Shown in pieces: positions 56,401 through 64,000 of a stretch of DNA of 64,000 nucleotides (within the stretch, counting starts at the first letter, position 1; each line of letters starts with the position of its first letter). The stretch lies in the NCBI RefSeq assembly GCF_037042905.1, contig NC_087251.1:4714001-4778000 (forward strand). Reading direction: 5' to 3'. The stretch comes from Lytechinus pictus. Lineage: Eukaryota. The notes beneath the pieces are model-generated. The model did no database searches. It had not been told where the DNA came from and was given only the letters and a program-made list of their open reading frames with translations. The position numbers and the translations under genes are program-made.

Positions 56401-59400
56401 TATGATTGCATTTCATTCTGTTCATTATTATTCAGCCCTATCATGTGTAAATTGAAGGTTCAGGTCTTACTTTAACTTTCTTATATATATTCTTCAGAAT
56501 GGATGCGATCAAGTTTTATATGAACCATCGTCGGGTTCCTGAACATTTACAAGATAGAGTAAAGAAATGGTCAGACTATGCCTGGAGCAGGTAAGTCATC
56601 GTATCATTTTTTATTTACCCATTTTCCTCATTGCCATCGTGTTATTAATCTACTAATTTATTACTTCATAACGTGTTGGTCTAAAGTGCTATTTTCTCTT
56701 TCCATTATCATGCATTTGAGCTCATCCTAGGCACATGTGACAGTTGTTTCCACATCAGAAGCTCAGGTAACGGGATTTCTATGGAGTTATATACACGCCT
56801 CATCACCACCGTGCAAAAACATACACTTAGCATGCTTAGGATACTTCTAATTCAACATTTATTACGATAAATAACACTGATTTAACCCGCCTGTGCCATT
56901 CGAAAAGTGTATCATATTTCTTTATATCTATTTTCAACTCTATTCAAATATTTCACACAATGCGATTTTACACTAAAAAATACATACCGTTAAAAATAAG
57001 CAGCTTGTAATTTCTAAGTTCTGAAAACTGTTTTTAAATGAAATTGTTTCAGAACACAAGCCTTAGACGACCAGACGTTTCTTGATATTCTTCCACCGAG
57101 ACTTCGGGCAGAGATTGCTATACATGTACATCTCGAAACACTTAAAAAGGTAGGCTGGATAATGAAGATATAAGCTATGATTCAAACATATCGATGTATT
57201 ATCCTTCTTCCCTTCTTCTTCTTTTCTTTTCCCCTACCCCTACTTGTTCTTATTCTTATTCCTGGTGTTGTTTTTGTTGTCATTATTTTTGTCTTTCAGC
57301 ATTATGATTACGATTTTTGTTGTTACCATTTATATAATTATAATTATCATTATCGTTGCTATTATTATTATTATTATTACTATTATTATTATCAGTATTA
57401 TTATTATTATTATCATTATTATTCATAGTAGTAGTAGGAGTAATAGTAGTACTGGTAGAAGTAGCAGCAATAGTAGTCTTATTCAGTTATTATGATAACA
57501 AAAACATCATCCTCATCATTTTCATTACAATAATAAAAATGGATGCTTATTATAGCACATAATATAAAACAGAATCTCTCTGCGCTTTACATACAAGTAA
57601 TTTAGTATTGTACCATTAAAGTAGAATAAGATAAGAAAATCCATAAAGGCAATCGATGTCAAACTTCTAAGGACATAATGGTGTGCAACACATGATCTTA
57701 GTAAAAAAATAAACAAAAATGTACGAGAAACGATACACTATTTGCGCTTGTATATATCAGCACATAGTCGTTAGTTCAATTTCAGGAAACAGGTTTTCAT
57801 TCGAGAACATGATTGTGATGCAGTTTTGATATCTTTATTTTCCTTTTCAAAACTTTTTAGGAATAAAAAAAATGCAAAAGAATCATGAAACATGTCATTC
57901 AATCCCCCATTAAATAAAAAGTAATTATCATTCTGATTTTCAATTCAATGTTCTATAAAACCATAATATTTATGAATATAAGAAATGTTCTTATCTTCTT
58001 CAATATTAATTGGGCATAACTGATGCTATATCTATATTCTCTGAAACAATTTTTTTTTATGTCCAGGTGAAGATATTTGAAGACTGTGAGCAGGGTCTGT
58101 TATGTGAATTGGTCCTCAAACTGCGATCACAGATCTTCTCCCCTGGTGACTATATCTGTCGAAGAGGAGAGATTGGAAGAGAGATGTTTATTATAAACCA
58201 TGGCCATGTTCAGGTAATGCAGTTAATCTTAGCTTAATCACAATGTTCTGAAGCTTGTAAAATCCAGGCACATTCATTTATGTATTAATTATATCACATT
58301 GTGAAATAAATGGCCGTCACCAGTGGGGAGGGGGGGGGGGGGCGGAGGGTGCGAACGTACCCTCCTCTAGACCACTTTTATTTTGGCTTGTAACATTTCT
58401 CGTGACCAAAATGACCTTCGTTTTGGTAGTGAAACGCTTTTATTTTGCTTGTCAAATTATTTAAACCAGCACACCCTATTTAAAATAAAAATTGTTCATA
58501 GGGCCACCAGCAGCATTGACTGACGTCGGAATAGGTAATTTTTTGTCTCCCCCTAACCCCCCCCCCCTCCTTGGAAAAAGCTGATGACGGCCATGTTACT
58601 ACTCGCATCTCCTCAGTGTAAAACTATCACATACATTACGATTTGCTCAATGCAAGGTATTGGATGAGGTTGAATGTGCATGGGTAACATTTGATCAATT
58701 ATTAAAGGTCAAGCCCACACAAGTATAACATCAATTTGAATAAAAAGAACCAGCCCCCCCAAAAACAAAAAAATAATAAAGAAGCAAAATGAACAAAAAT
58801 AAAATATAAGATGTAAAAACAAGAGAGTATGATATTTTGAAATTTAATTTGCTTATTTTCATAGAACAGTTATTGTAACACGGGTGATATGCAAATGTTG
58901 AATATGTCACACACTCGCAATATCTTTTGTATTTTATTAGATGAATAATTATTTGAATTTTTTTTCAATCATTGCAGATTTGACCACAATGAAGTTCTTC
59001 ATTGAATGGTAATAGATTGCACTAAAATGTTGTCCTTTATTTGGGAGATGACACTCGATGCGTTATAACGCCAACATGGCAAATTAAATTTCGTTCTTAG
59101 ACGGATAAATCCAGTGTACCCAGATATCTAAAATGAAACTGATATCGATCTTTTGTAGGTCTAACTAGACATTGATGTATGTCTGCTTCGTGTTTATAAG
59201 ACTTGTAAACAAACCTCATATATTTCTATACCAGTTATTGACCACAGAGTCTTAATTATCAAGGAACTAATCAACCAAACAATCAAACATTTAAATAGGG
59301 AAACAATATACCACCTTATTCTGCGATAGAACCATCGACGGGCGTCTTCCACATAAATCGGCATCGGATATCACTGAATAAGAACGGACTGGGGTTCTCC

Positions 59401-62400
59401 GATGAAACTTGCACTTTTTCAATTATACACTCAACATATCGAAGAATGGTGCTTTAGTGGTTACGATGGCTTTCGACTCGCTGATACCCAATCTTGTACC
59501 TATTCATTGGAACAAACATGGGGAGATTGGTTGAGACATCCCCCAGATAGTCGGCGGCGTCTCACCGTCGTCGCTCGATGACTACAGCCATTGCCGCCAT
59601 CTCCAGACACAAAACACATGTTTCAATCAGAGAGTGGGAGTTTCAATGCCTGCACTGTGTGGAGTTCATTTGAGAATCTCCAACTCTGTCTAGATAATAG
59701 GGATAATGATATCGGTGGTATCATTGCTAGAAATCGTGAAATCTTTTTAACAAATACGAAATATCATTTTGTTTTCTAATTGTGTCGATTCCTACACGGT
59801 GCGGAATGGGGGGGATTCAATTTTGAAAATAATTCAATGAACATGCTTATCTCGGTAACCGCCCCTTCACTAAAAATTATAACATAATCAAAATAAATAA
59901 TAATAATGTCTAGAGTATGATCATGTGTTTGGGGGATTTGGTTATGATTACACTGCACTATAACCTGACTGAAACGGGGAAGTGTGAAGTTACTATTCCC
60001 CCTCCTAAAGTAAATGTAAAAAACTCAGAACATGGTGAAGGGATGTGGTAACTAGTAGCTATGACGATAGTAATGATTCAAATTGGTATCGGTTGTACTC
60101 ATTGCCCGGACTCATTGCTTGTTTTTCATAGTGGCAGAGGGTCCACCTCATGGACGGGAGATCTTAGATCTTTAACTGAGACAAATCCATACCAAAGACC
60201 ATCTTTTTCTTTTCTTTTTTATTAAAATATCCTATAAAGCTAAGCCCTCATAATGTATATGTTTAAGGGTTGACTCGCAGAACGCGTGCACCGGTCGAAT
60301 CAAATGTTCATTTTCAATGTTTTATGAATAAGACTACAACTTTTGGTGAAAATATTACTTTCATATTTTGGCCTCTGAATATAACTTAGGAATAAACCTT
60401 GGCGGAACAAATGATCCATGTTCAAACATGAAAAACAAGCTTAGAATTCTGTTTATCGTGCGGAACCAATCAACTACTTATCATCGATTCGTCGGGCGTC
60501 GTGTCCGATATAAAGCCCTCCGTCGTCACCCTCAATGACCCTCTATCAGCGATCAGTTTACAATCTACACGCCGCTGTTTAGGGCGTGTCTAATCACTTG
60601 GAAGATCCCCTCCTACCAATCCAGAATGGTGTCTCCGTATTACCCTTCGATTCAATCCCTTTCCAATCTTTCAATAACACTCCTGTCTGTTTAACATCGA
60701 ATAAAACAAAGCGATATGATAGTGCCCTCAAAATAATAACCGTGTGTTTGTTCTCGATGTCGACCGTTTTGTTCCGCTCCAACAAAAACATGATCGACGT
60801 CAACCGGTGCCGAGAAAAGACCCCTCCATGCATTGAGGGGGTATATTTCACAGCTTTATAATTGATGTAACCAGTATATCAGACCTTGATTAACAAGTGT
60901 GTCAAAGAAAATCACGATGGAGTAAACAGATGACTCATTTCTGGGATATGCGTATAACTTCTGATACACGTTTGCAATTATTCTCAATATTGTATAAATA
61001 TGAACTTCGATTTCTTTAGTTACATCATACCCAGAATGATTTATATTATATAGATATGCCAACCAGTGGTTTAAAGAGAAATCGAACGTGTCTTAAAAGG
61101 GTAGTTCACCCTAAAAAAACTTTGTTGTAAAAATAGCGAAAAAAAATGATAAAAATATTGATGAAGATTTGAGGAAAATCCATTTAAGATTTAGAAAGAT
61201 ATTAGAATTTTAAATTTTTGATTTGTGACCTCATAAACGATCAGCTGCCCCATACATTATGTTATAAAAAATGCATGAAATTCAATTTTTGAATAGTTCG
61301 TGATGACTTATTTTTGTTTTCTTTTTAGGAACGGGTGAAATGAATGTACAAAAAAAAACATTTTCAAAATTTCTGAGAAAAATGACATTTCATTGATTAT
61401 TTACCATAATAAAGCTGCTCGCATATGACGTCACAAATTCTTTAAAAAAATATTCTTTGATGGATTTTTCTCAAACCTTCGGCAATTTCTGCAATTTTTG
61501 CAACAAACTTTTTGTCAGGGTGAACTTCCCCTTTAACCCGCGAGATTCTAATTCTGTATCATTTTTTGCATGGAAAACAGACCTATATGTAAGAAAGGGA
61601 AAACAAGGGAAATTATAATAAAATAAGGTAAAAATGATAACCTCAAATTGGCAATTTGATGAGTAAAATTTAAAAAAAATGTTGAATTTTTCACCTTTCG
61701 CATTAGCAATGTCACTGTAGGAGCACATTTCATAGGTTCTTCTTCACTTTTCAATGCTGACATTTGTAAAGTTGCAGATAAAGTTGCTCCAACCAGAATA
61801 GTGCTCCCAGTGTGACATTGGGTTGAGGTTTGCACATTTTAAAACGGTGCGATTTCGATTGGGAGAACTCTCGTAATTGTAATATAGAAGTTCATTTTTC
61901 CTGTCTATAAAGACACACTGTTTTCAAGGCTGTTATCTAGATAACAGTTTCACCCATCGATTAAAATCGTCCCCTTCCACTATCGCACTGATTTCACCTG
62001 GGGACCGTTTCATCAACTGTTTTGTCCGACAAGTTGTCAGATCTGACATCTTGCTTGATTTTGATTGGCTGAGAAGCACAGTTTCTATGGTAATTGTCGG
62101 ATAAAATGGGACTTGTCGGATAAAGTCTTTTCATGTAACGCTCCCCAGATTTATCGTGGTCTGACCATGGACCTATAACCAATCAGCGGTGGCAACTGCA
62201 AACTATATCCCTTAACATTTCCCAATAACTCCCGTCCCCTGACATACAGGTGGTAGTCCAGGACCAAGAGACCCAACAGAGTATGGTGGTAGCTAACCTA
62301 TCCGAGGGAAACTACTTCGGTGAGATCAGTCTACTCAAGCTTGATGAGGGTCAAAACAGGAGAACAGCTGATGTCGTTTCGCTTGGATACTCAGAATTAC

Positions 62401-62840
62401 TCTGTCTCTCCAAGAAGGACCTCATGCAGGTTGGTGCATGGTTCGAATCTCACAAAATTGTCAAAAAAAGGAAAATGATAAAGTTTCGACTGCTGGATAC
62501 ATTTTAGTATACGTCTTATTTTATGCCAGTCCCACATTAATTGCCCTGCAGAATATTTGGTGAAGCCTATCTTCAGACTTACAGAAATTTCTACAGGCGG
62601 TGGAATCACATACAATTTTTATTCATGTTTTGCTTATAAATTTTTTCTCGTGAGATATATGTTACATTCTAAAAAAAGAAATAAAGAAATTCATCATGAC
62701 ATGACGCTTGTTTCCATGGTTACACGATTTTTATCTATATATTTGTTTTTTCTTCAGGCGCTGGTAGAATATCCGGATGCAAAGAAAGTATTAGAGAAAC
62801 ACGGGAGAGATCGGATGGAGAAAAACAAAGAGGCGGCAAG
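18674..62840 (+). CDS. CNGA: Cyclic-nucleotide-gated cation channel subunit (CNGA-like backbone, atypical pore), 16 coding exons, 3' end possibly beyond 62840
   Basis: Manually spliced exons join in frame at GT-AG sites and give CNG motifs: [12 protein letters not shown] (pre-S1), [15 protein letters not shown] (S5), [14 protein letters not shown] (pore), [14 protein letters not shown] (S6/C-linker), [60 protein letters not shown] (CNBD), [10 protein letters not shown] (C-helix). Confidence 0.95.
21013..21260. mobile_element. MITE with CACT termini
   Basis: cactgtaaaaaatattgggtaaaa / ttttacccaatatttttagagt. Confidence 0.65.
23224..27203. mobile_element. ~4-kb foldback (palindromic) non-autonomous transposon
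   Basis: Arms ~23224-24992 and ~25287-27203 are near-perfect inverted copies. Outer domain of AT-rich ~30-bp tandem subrepeats (cattatttataaataatg...), inner non-repetitive domain. Direct repeat ggtata at 23218-23223 and 27204-27209. Confidence 0.92.
28380..28620 (-). pseudogene. Decayed CR1/L2-group LINE ORF2 3' end
   Basis: Minus-strand translation pieces [12 protein letters not shown]…[25 protein letters not shown] match the typical LINE ORF2 C-terminus (WN.LP..LR...SL..FK..LK); frameshifted. Confidence 0.65.
29525..29693. repeat. (TA)n microsatellite (also 30072-30093, 47388-47425)
   Basis: Direct reading. Confidence 0.95.
29748..30071. mobile_element. MITE with perfect 108-bp TIRs carrying a tRNA gene, TA-flanked
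   Basis: 29748-29855 is the exact reverse complement of 29964-30071. Flanked by TA and next to (TA)n tracts. Confidence 0.85.
29849..29920 (-). tRNA. 72-nt tRNA-like gene with TCA anticodon (opal-suppressor type) inside a TIR element
   Basis: Minus strand GTCTCTG TG GTCT AGTGGTTA AGGC A CCGGC GTTCAAA GCTGG GGGC CCGGG TTCGATT CCCGG CAGGGGC A. All four stems pair (with G-U), A- and B-box intact, followed by TTTTTT. Confidence 0.7.
30907..31115. mobile_element. MITE, TA-flanked CACT…AGTG; copy 1
   Basis: Inverted ends; near-identical copy at 33165-33375. Confidence 0.75.
33165..33375. mobile_element. MITE, TA-flanked CACT…AGTG; copy 2
   Basis: Inverted ends; homologous to 30907-31115. Confidence 0.75.
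34163..34225 (+). CDS. CNGA: CNG exon 2: [21 protein letters not shown]
   Basis: ttgcag| acceptor, |gtgagt donor; conserved pre-S1 'V.DP.G..YRW' motif. Confidence 0.9.
35107..35187 (+). CDS. CNGA: CNG exon 3 (S1): [27 protein letters not shown]
   Basis: atacag| acceptor, |gttagc donor; 'YN.W....R..F' S1 motif. Confidence 0.9.
36196..36685. mobile_element. Degenerate hAT-like non-autonomous element with gcgcgaagcgcgagct subrepeats
   Basis: cagtggcgtac start, repeated gcgaagcgcg motifs, G-run end. Confidence 0.45.
40190..40294 (+). CDS. CNGA: CNG exon 4 (S2): [35 protein letters not shown]
   Basis: ggtag| acceptor, |gtgagt donor; D...D.....D S2 pattern and FR..FL..GLL. Confidence 0.9.
40725..41070. 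mobile_element. hAT-like MITE
   Basis: TIR caggggcggatccagg / cctggatccgcgcctg; 8-bp TSD gtcatgta on both sides. Confidence 0.85.
41341..41925. mobile_element. MITE with ~100-bp imperfect TIRs
   Basis: catacaccca.gaaattca…ttgccaaacatc…catgacgaatttg.tatcaaa is mirrored at 41822-41925. Confidence 0.65.
42482..42587 (+). CDS. CNGA: CNG exon 5 (S3): [35 protein letters not shown]
   Basis: tctag| acceptor, |gtatgt donor (phase 1); V.D..KL...Y.....F..D....P motif. Confidence 0.9.
42762..43014. mobile_element. PIF/Harbinger-like MITE (a second related left end follows at ~43033)
   Basis: TIR aagcctcctcacac / ggtgtgaggggcct; TAA flanks. Confidence 0.65.
43844..43882 (+). CDS. CNGA: CNG exon 6, 39-nt symmetric small exon in the S3-S4 linker: (E)[12 protein letters not shown]
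   Basis: Strong ttgtttttgcag| acceptor and |gtaagt donor; phase 1-1, open frame. Confidence 0.55.
44956..45153. mobile_element. hAT-like MITE, same family
   Basis: TIR caggggcggatccagg / cctggatccgccagtg; 8-bp TSD attgactg. Confidence 0.85.
46330..47100 (+). pseudogene. Decayed non-LTR retrotransposon ORF2 3' end
   Basis: Pieces [10 protein letters not shown]…[12 protein letters not shown]…[22 protein letters not shown] resemble the LINE post-RT C-terminus; stops and frameshifts present. Confidence 0.65.
47216..47297 (+). CDS. CNGA: CNG exon 7 (S4): [26 protein letters not shown]
   Basis: ttttttttag| acceptor (phase 1), |gtaaga donor (phase 2); P.LRL..LLK S4 motif. Confidence 0.88.
47864..47963 (+). 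CDS. CNGA: CNG exon 8 (S5): [33 protein letters not shown]
   Basis: ctcag| acceptor, |gtaagt donor; RT..PN and HW.AC.Y motifs. Confidence 0.93.
48683..48901. mobile_element. MITE
   Basis: TIR ggggcgttgcaagaaa / tttcttgcaacacccc with internal ttgcgat..attgc repeats. Confidence 0.65.
48962..49376. mobile_element. PIF/Harbinger-like MITE inserted into a SINE tRNA head
   Basis: TIR aggcgaccgcacaccttacga / tcgtaaggtgtgcgatggcct; TAA/TTA flanks; splits ...gagtggtctaa|ggcgcctggc. Confidence 0.8.
49425..49618 (+). mobile_element. tRNA-derived SINE (head duplicated upstream at 48936-49408)
   Basis: A-box tggccgagtgg and B-box gttcgatcc, degenerate anticodon arm, body gcacctatgcccgtgagcaaggcatttaa, A-rich tail. 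Confidence 0.75.
49907..51343. mobile_element. TU/foldback-like element with inverted 15-bp tandem arrays and 8-bp TSD
   Basis: (GGTAAAAATGGCAGA)n at ~49913-50114 and its reverse complement at ~51235-51335. TSD gaaaatgc at 49899-49906 and 51344-51351. Confidence 0.75.
53871..53935 (+). CDS. CNGA: CNG exon 9 (turret): [21 protein letters not shown]
   Basis: ccacag| acceptor, |gtaaga donor; GFG...WVYP motif. Confidence 0.93.
53995..54290. repeat. Purine-rich (GAA/GAT/GAG)n low-complexity intron
   Basis: Direct reading; lies between exons 9 and 10. Confidence 0.9.
54355..54433 (+). CDS. CNGA: CNG exon 10 (pore helix/filter): [26 protein letters not shown]
   Basis: cactag| acceptor, |gtaagt donor; YWST.TLTTIG..P.P pore motif. 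Confidence 0.93.
55902..56020 (+). CDS. CNGA: CNG exon 11 (S6): [39 protein letters not shown]
   Basis: ttctag| acceptor, |gtatgc donor; GNVG..ISNMNA.R motif. Confidence 0.95.
56498..56590 (+). CDS. CNGA: CNG exon 12 (C-linker): [30 protein letters not shown]
   Basis: cttcag| acceptor, |gtaagt donor; MD..K.YM..R.V...L..RV..W.DY.W motif. Confidence 0.95.
57053..57149 (+). CDS. CNGA: CNG exon 13 (C-linker): [32 protein letters not shown]
   Basis: tttcag| acceptor, |gtaggc donor; LP..LRAEIAI.VHL.TLKK motif. Confidence 0.95.
57300..57450. repeat. (ATT/ATC)n low-complexity tract (others at ~17200-17325, 19140-19240, 34820-34935, 37480-37590)
   Basis: Direct reading. Confidence 0.9.
58067..58213 (+). 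CDS. CNGA: CNG exon 14 (CNBD N-half): [49 protein letters not shown]
   Basis: gtccag| acceptor, |gtaatg donor; highly conserved CNGA CNBD sequence. Confidence 0.97.
58309..58595. mobile_element. Degenerate MITE
   Basis: atggccgtcaccag+G-run / C-run+ctgatgacggccat. Confidence 0.5.
61097..61532. mobile_element. TTAA-flanked (Kolobok-like) MITE; related fragments at ~16800-17120, 31120-31370, 43380-43630, 50783-51180, 58705-59050
   Basis: TTAA|aagggtagttcaccct … agggtgaacttcccct|TTAA with long inner inverted similarity. Confidence 0.7.
62000..62146. mobile_element. Short MITE
   Basis: gggaccgtttcatcaa…tccgacaag / cttgtcgga…ttcatgtaacgctcccc. Confidence 0.55.
62250..62429 (+). CDS. CNGA: CNG exon 15 (CNBD phosphate-binding cassette): [60 protein letters not shown]
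   Basis: atacag| acceptor, |gttggt donor; FGEIS and RRTA motifs. Confidence 0.97.
62758..62840 (+). CDS. CNGA: CNG exon 16 (C-helix): [27 protein letters not shown]
   Basis: cttcag| acceptor; AL.EYPDAK motif. Ends AG|gtaaat, or reads on to TAA at 62842-62844. Confidence 0.92.
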
Positions 62841-63099
62841 GTAAATTAATTAGTGAATTTCTTATTTTGTTTTCATCAACGAGTCCTTGCCGAAACTAGA
62901 TGATTTAAATTTACTTTTTCTATCTGATATATGTTTGTTAGATATATATCGGCCGTAAGTAGATCACGAAGAAATTAGAATTTACAAACATTTACGATCT
63001 GCGCGACTTTGTGAAAATGATAGAAATTGATTGTACCGATCAACTGGGATGCAATACCATTCCCCATTCAGGACTGATGCTATAAACTATCATCTCTTT

Positions 63100-63329
63100 T
63101 TTGATATATTACTTTATATAATACTGTTATCACTTTATACGTTTGTATTTTAACAATATCATATGGACTGATGATTGTATAATTATGTATTATCACCATT
63201 GATTGTTTTTAATTGTATATAATTGTATTGTTTGTTATCCAGGGCCTCATGGAAGATCAACTTTTGTTGAATGAGCTACCCTGGTGAAATATGAATAAAT
63301 AAATAAAAAAAAAAAAAAAAAAAAAAAAA
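63100..63329 (+). mobile_element. LINE/SINE 3' tail with stem-loop and poly(A); related tails on the minus strand at ~39190-39275 and ~48290-48358
   Basis: ccagggcctcat…atgagctaccctgg + aataaa + A-run. Confidence 0.55.
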
Positions 63330-64000
63330 ATGCCAATATAATGTTGCAGAAAGAGAAGATGTACTTTTAAATGTCTCTAAATGGATTGTGTTATGATTCA
63401 CTATACTTTAGACAAAGGTGATGATTTATTTCAAATATTGATTTTAGTGGCTCTCGCTTTGCTCGCTTGTCAATTATCTGGAAGGAAGCCAATCAATAAA
63501 AAAAAAGATGAATGAAAAAATGCTAACAGAATAACAAAATATTCGCAAATTTTGATTTGATAATCTATATAGTTTGAAGCTACATAGTTTTTCATGGGGC
63601 AACGGCCACAAACCTTTCTTGACTGCAGAATCAATCCACGATTATTACAATGATAAAACCAACAATAATATATATTTCAGATAGTAGAGAACAGATATAC
63701 ATCATCGTATCGGGTCGCTAAAACGGGACACAATCTACTTGCTCTTTTTGGTAAATTAAAGAGTGAGTTTACATTGGGACGTTGCCTCTCACTATGTCTC
63801 ATCCCCTACCCTAGCATTCAATCGAGATGTTTATTATGGAATAAACAAAACCCACTGCATCTTGCCTCAATTCAAATCTCTAATTGCTATTGCTCTGTAA
63901 TTCATCGCTACTATGATCGTCCTACCGTCAGTTTTCTCGATCAAGAATTGGGGACATCGTGTTGTAAACTAACGAGCAGGTAGATGACAAAAGGGATAAA

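Noticed and set aside
63681..63760. Further CNG coding exon
   Set aside because: The first acceptor gives an immediate stop in the required phase, and the other frames show no CLZ or CNG similarity; unresolved without transcripts.

Overview
AT-rich, intron-rich eukaryotic (animal) genomic DNA. The repeat repertoire suggests a marine invertebrate deuterostome such as a sea urchin (inference). The window is dominated by one + strand gene for a cyclic-nucleotide-gated (CNG) cation channel subunit. I reconstructed 16 phase-compatible GT-AG coding exons (18674-62840, about 556 codons, 3' end uncertain) covering S1-S6, pore, C-linker and CNBD. The backbone is CNGA-like, but the pore reads TTIGGTP (no Glu) and Asn sits at the cGMP-selectivity Asp position. 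A candidate RFX X-box promoter and non-coding first exon lie at about 7170-7220. Introns and flanks are packed with non-autonomous DNA transposons. The most striking are (i) a 324-bp element with perfect 108-bp inverted repeats carrying a complete 72-nt tRNA cloverleaf with a UCA (UGA-reading) anticodon and a Pol III terminator, (ii) a ~4-kb near-perfect palindromic foldback element, and (iii) a TU-like foldback with 15-bp subrepeats and an 8-bp TSD. Also present: a higher-order GGCGCC satellite, SINE/LINE remnants and microsatellites. Almost all ORFs in the supplied track are non-coding artefacts.
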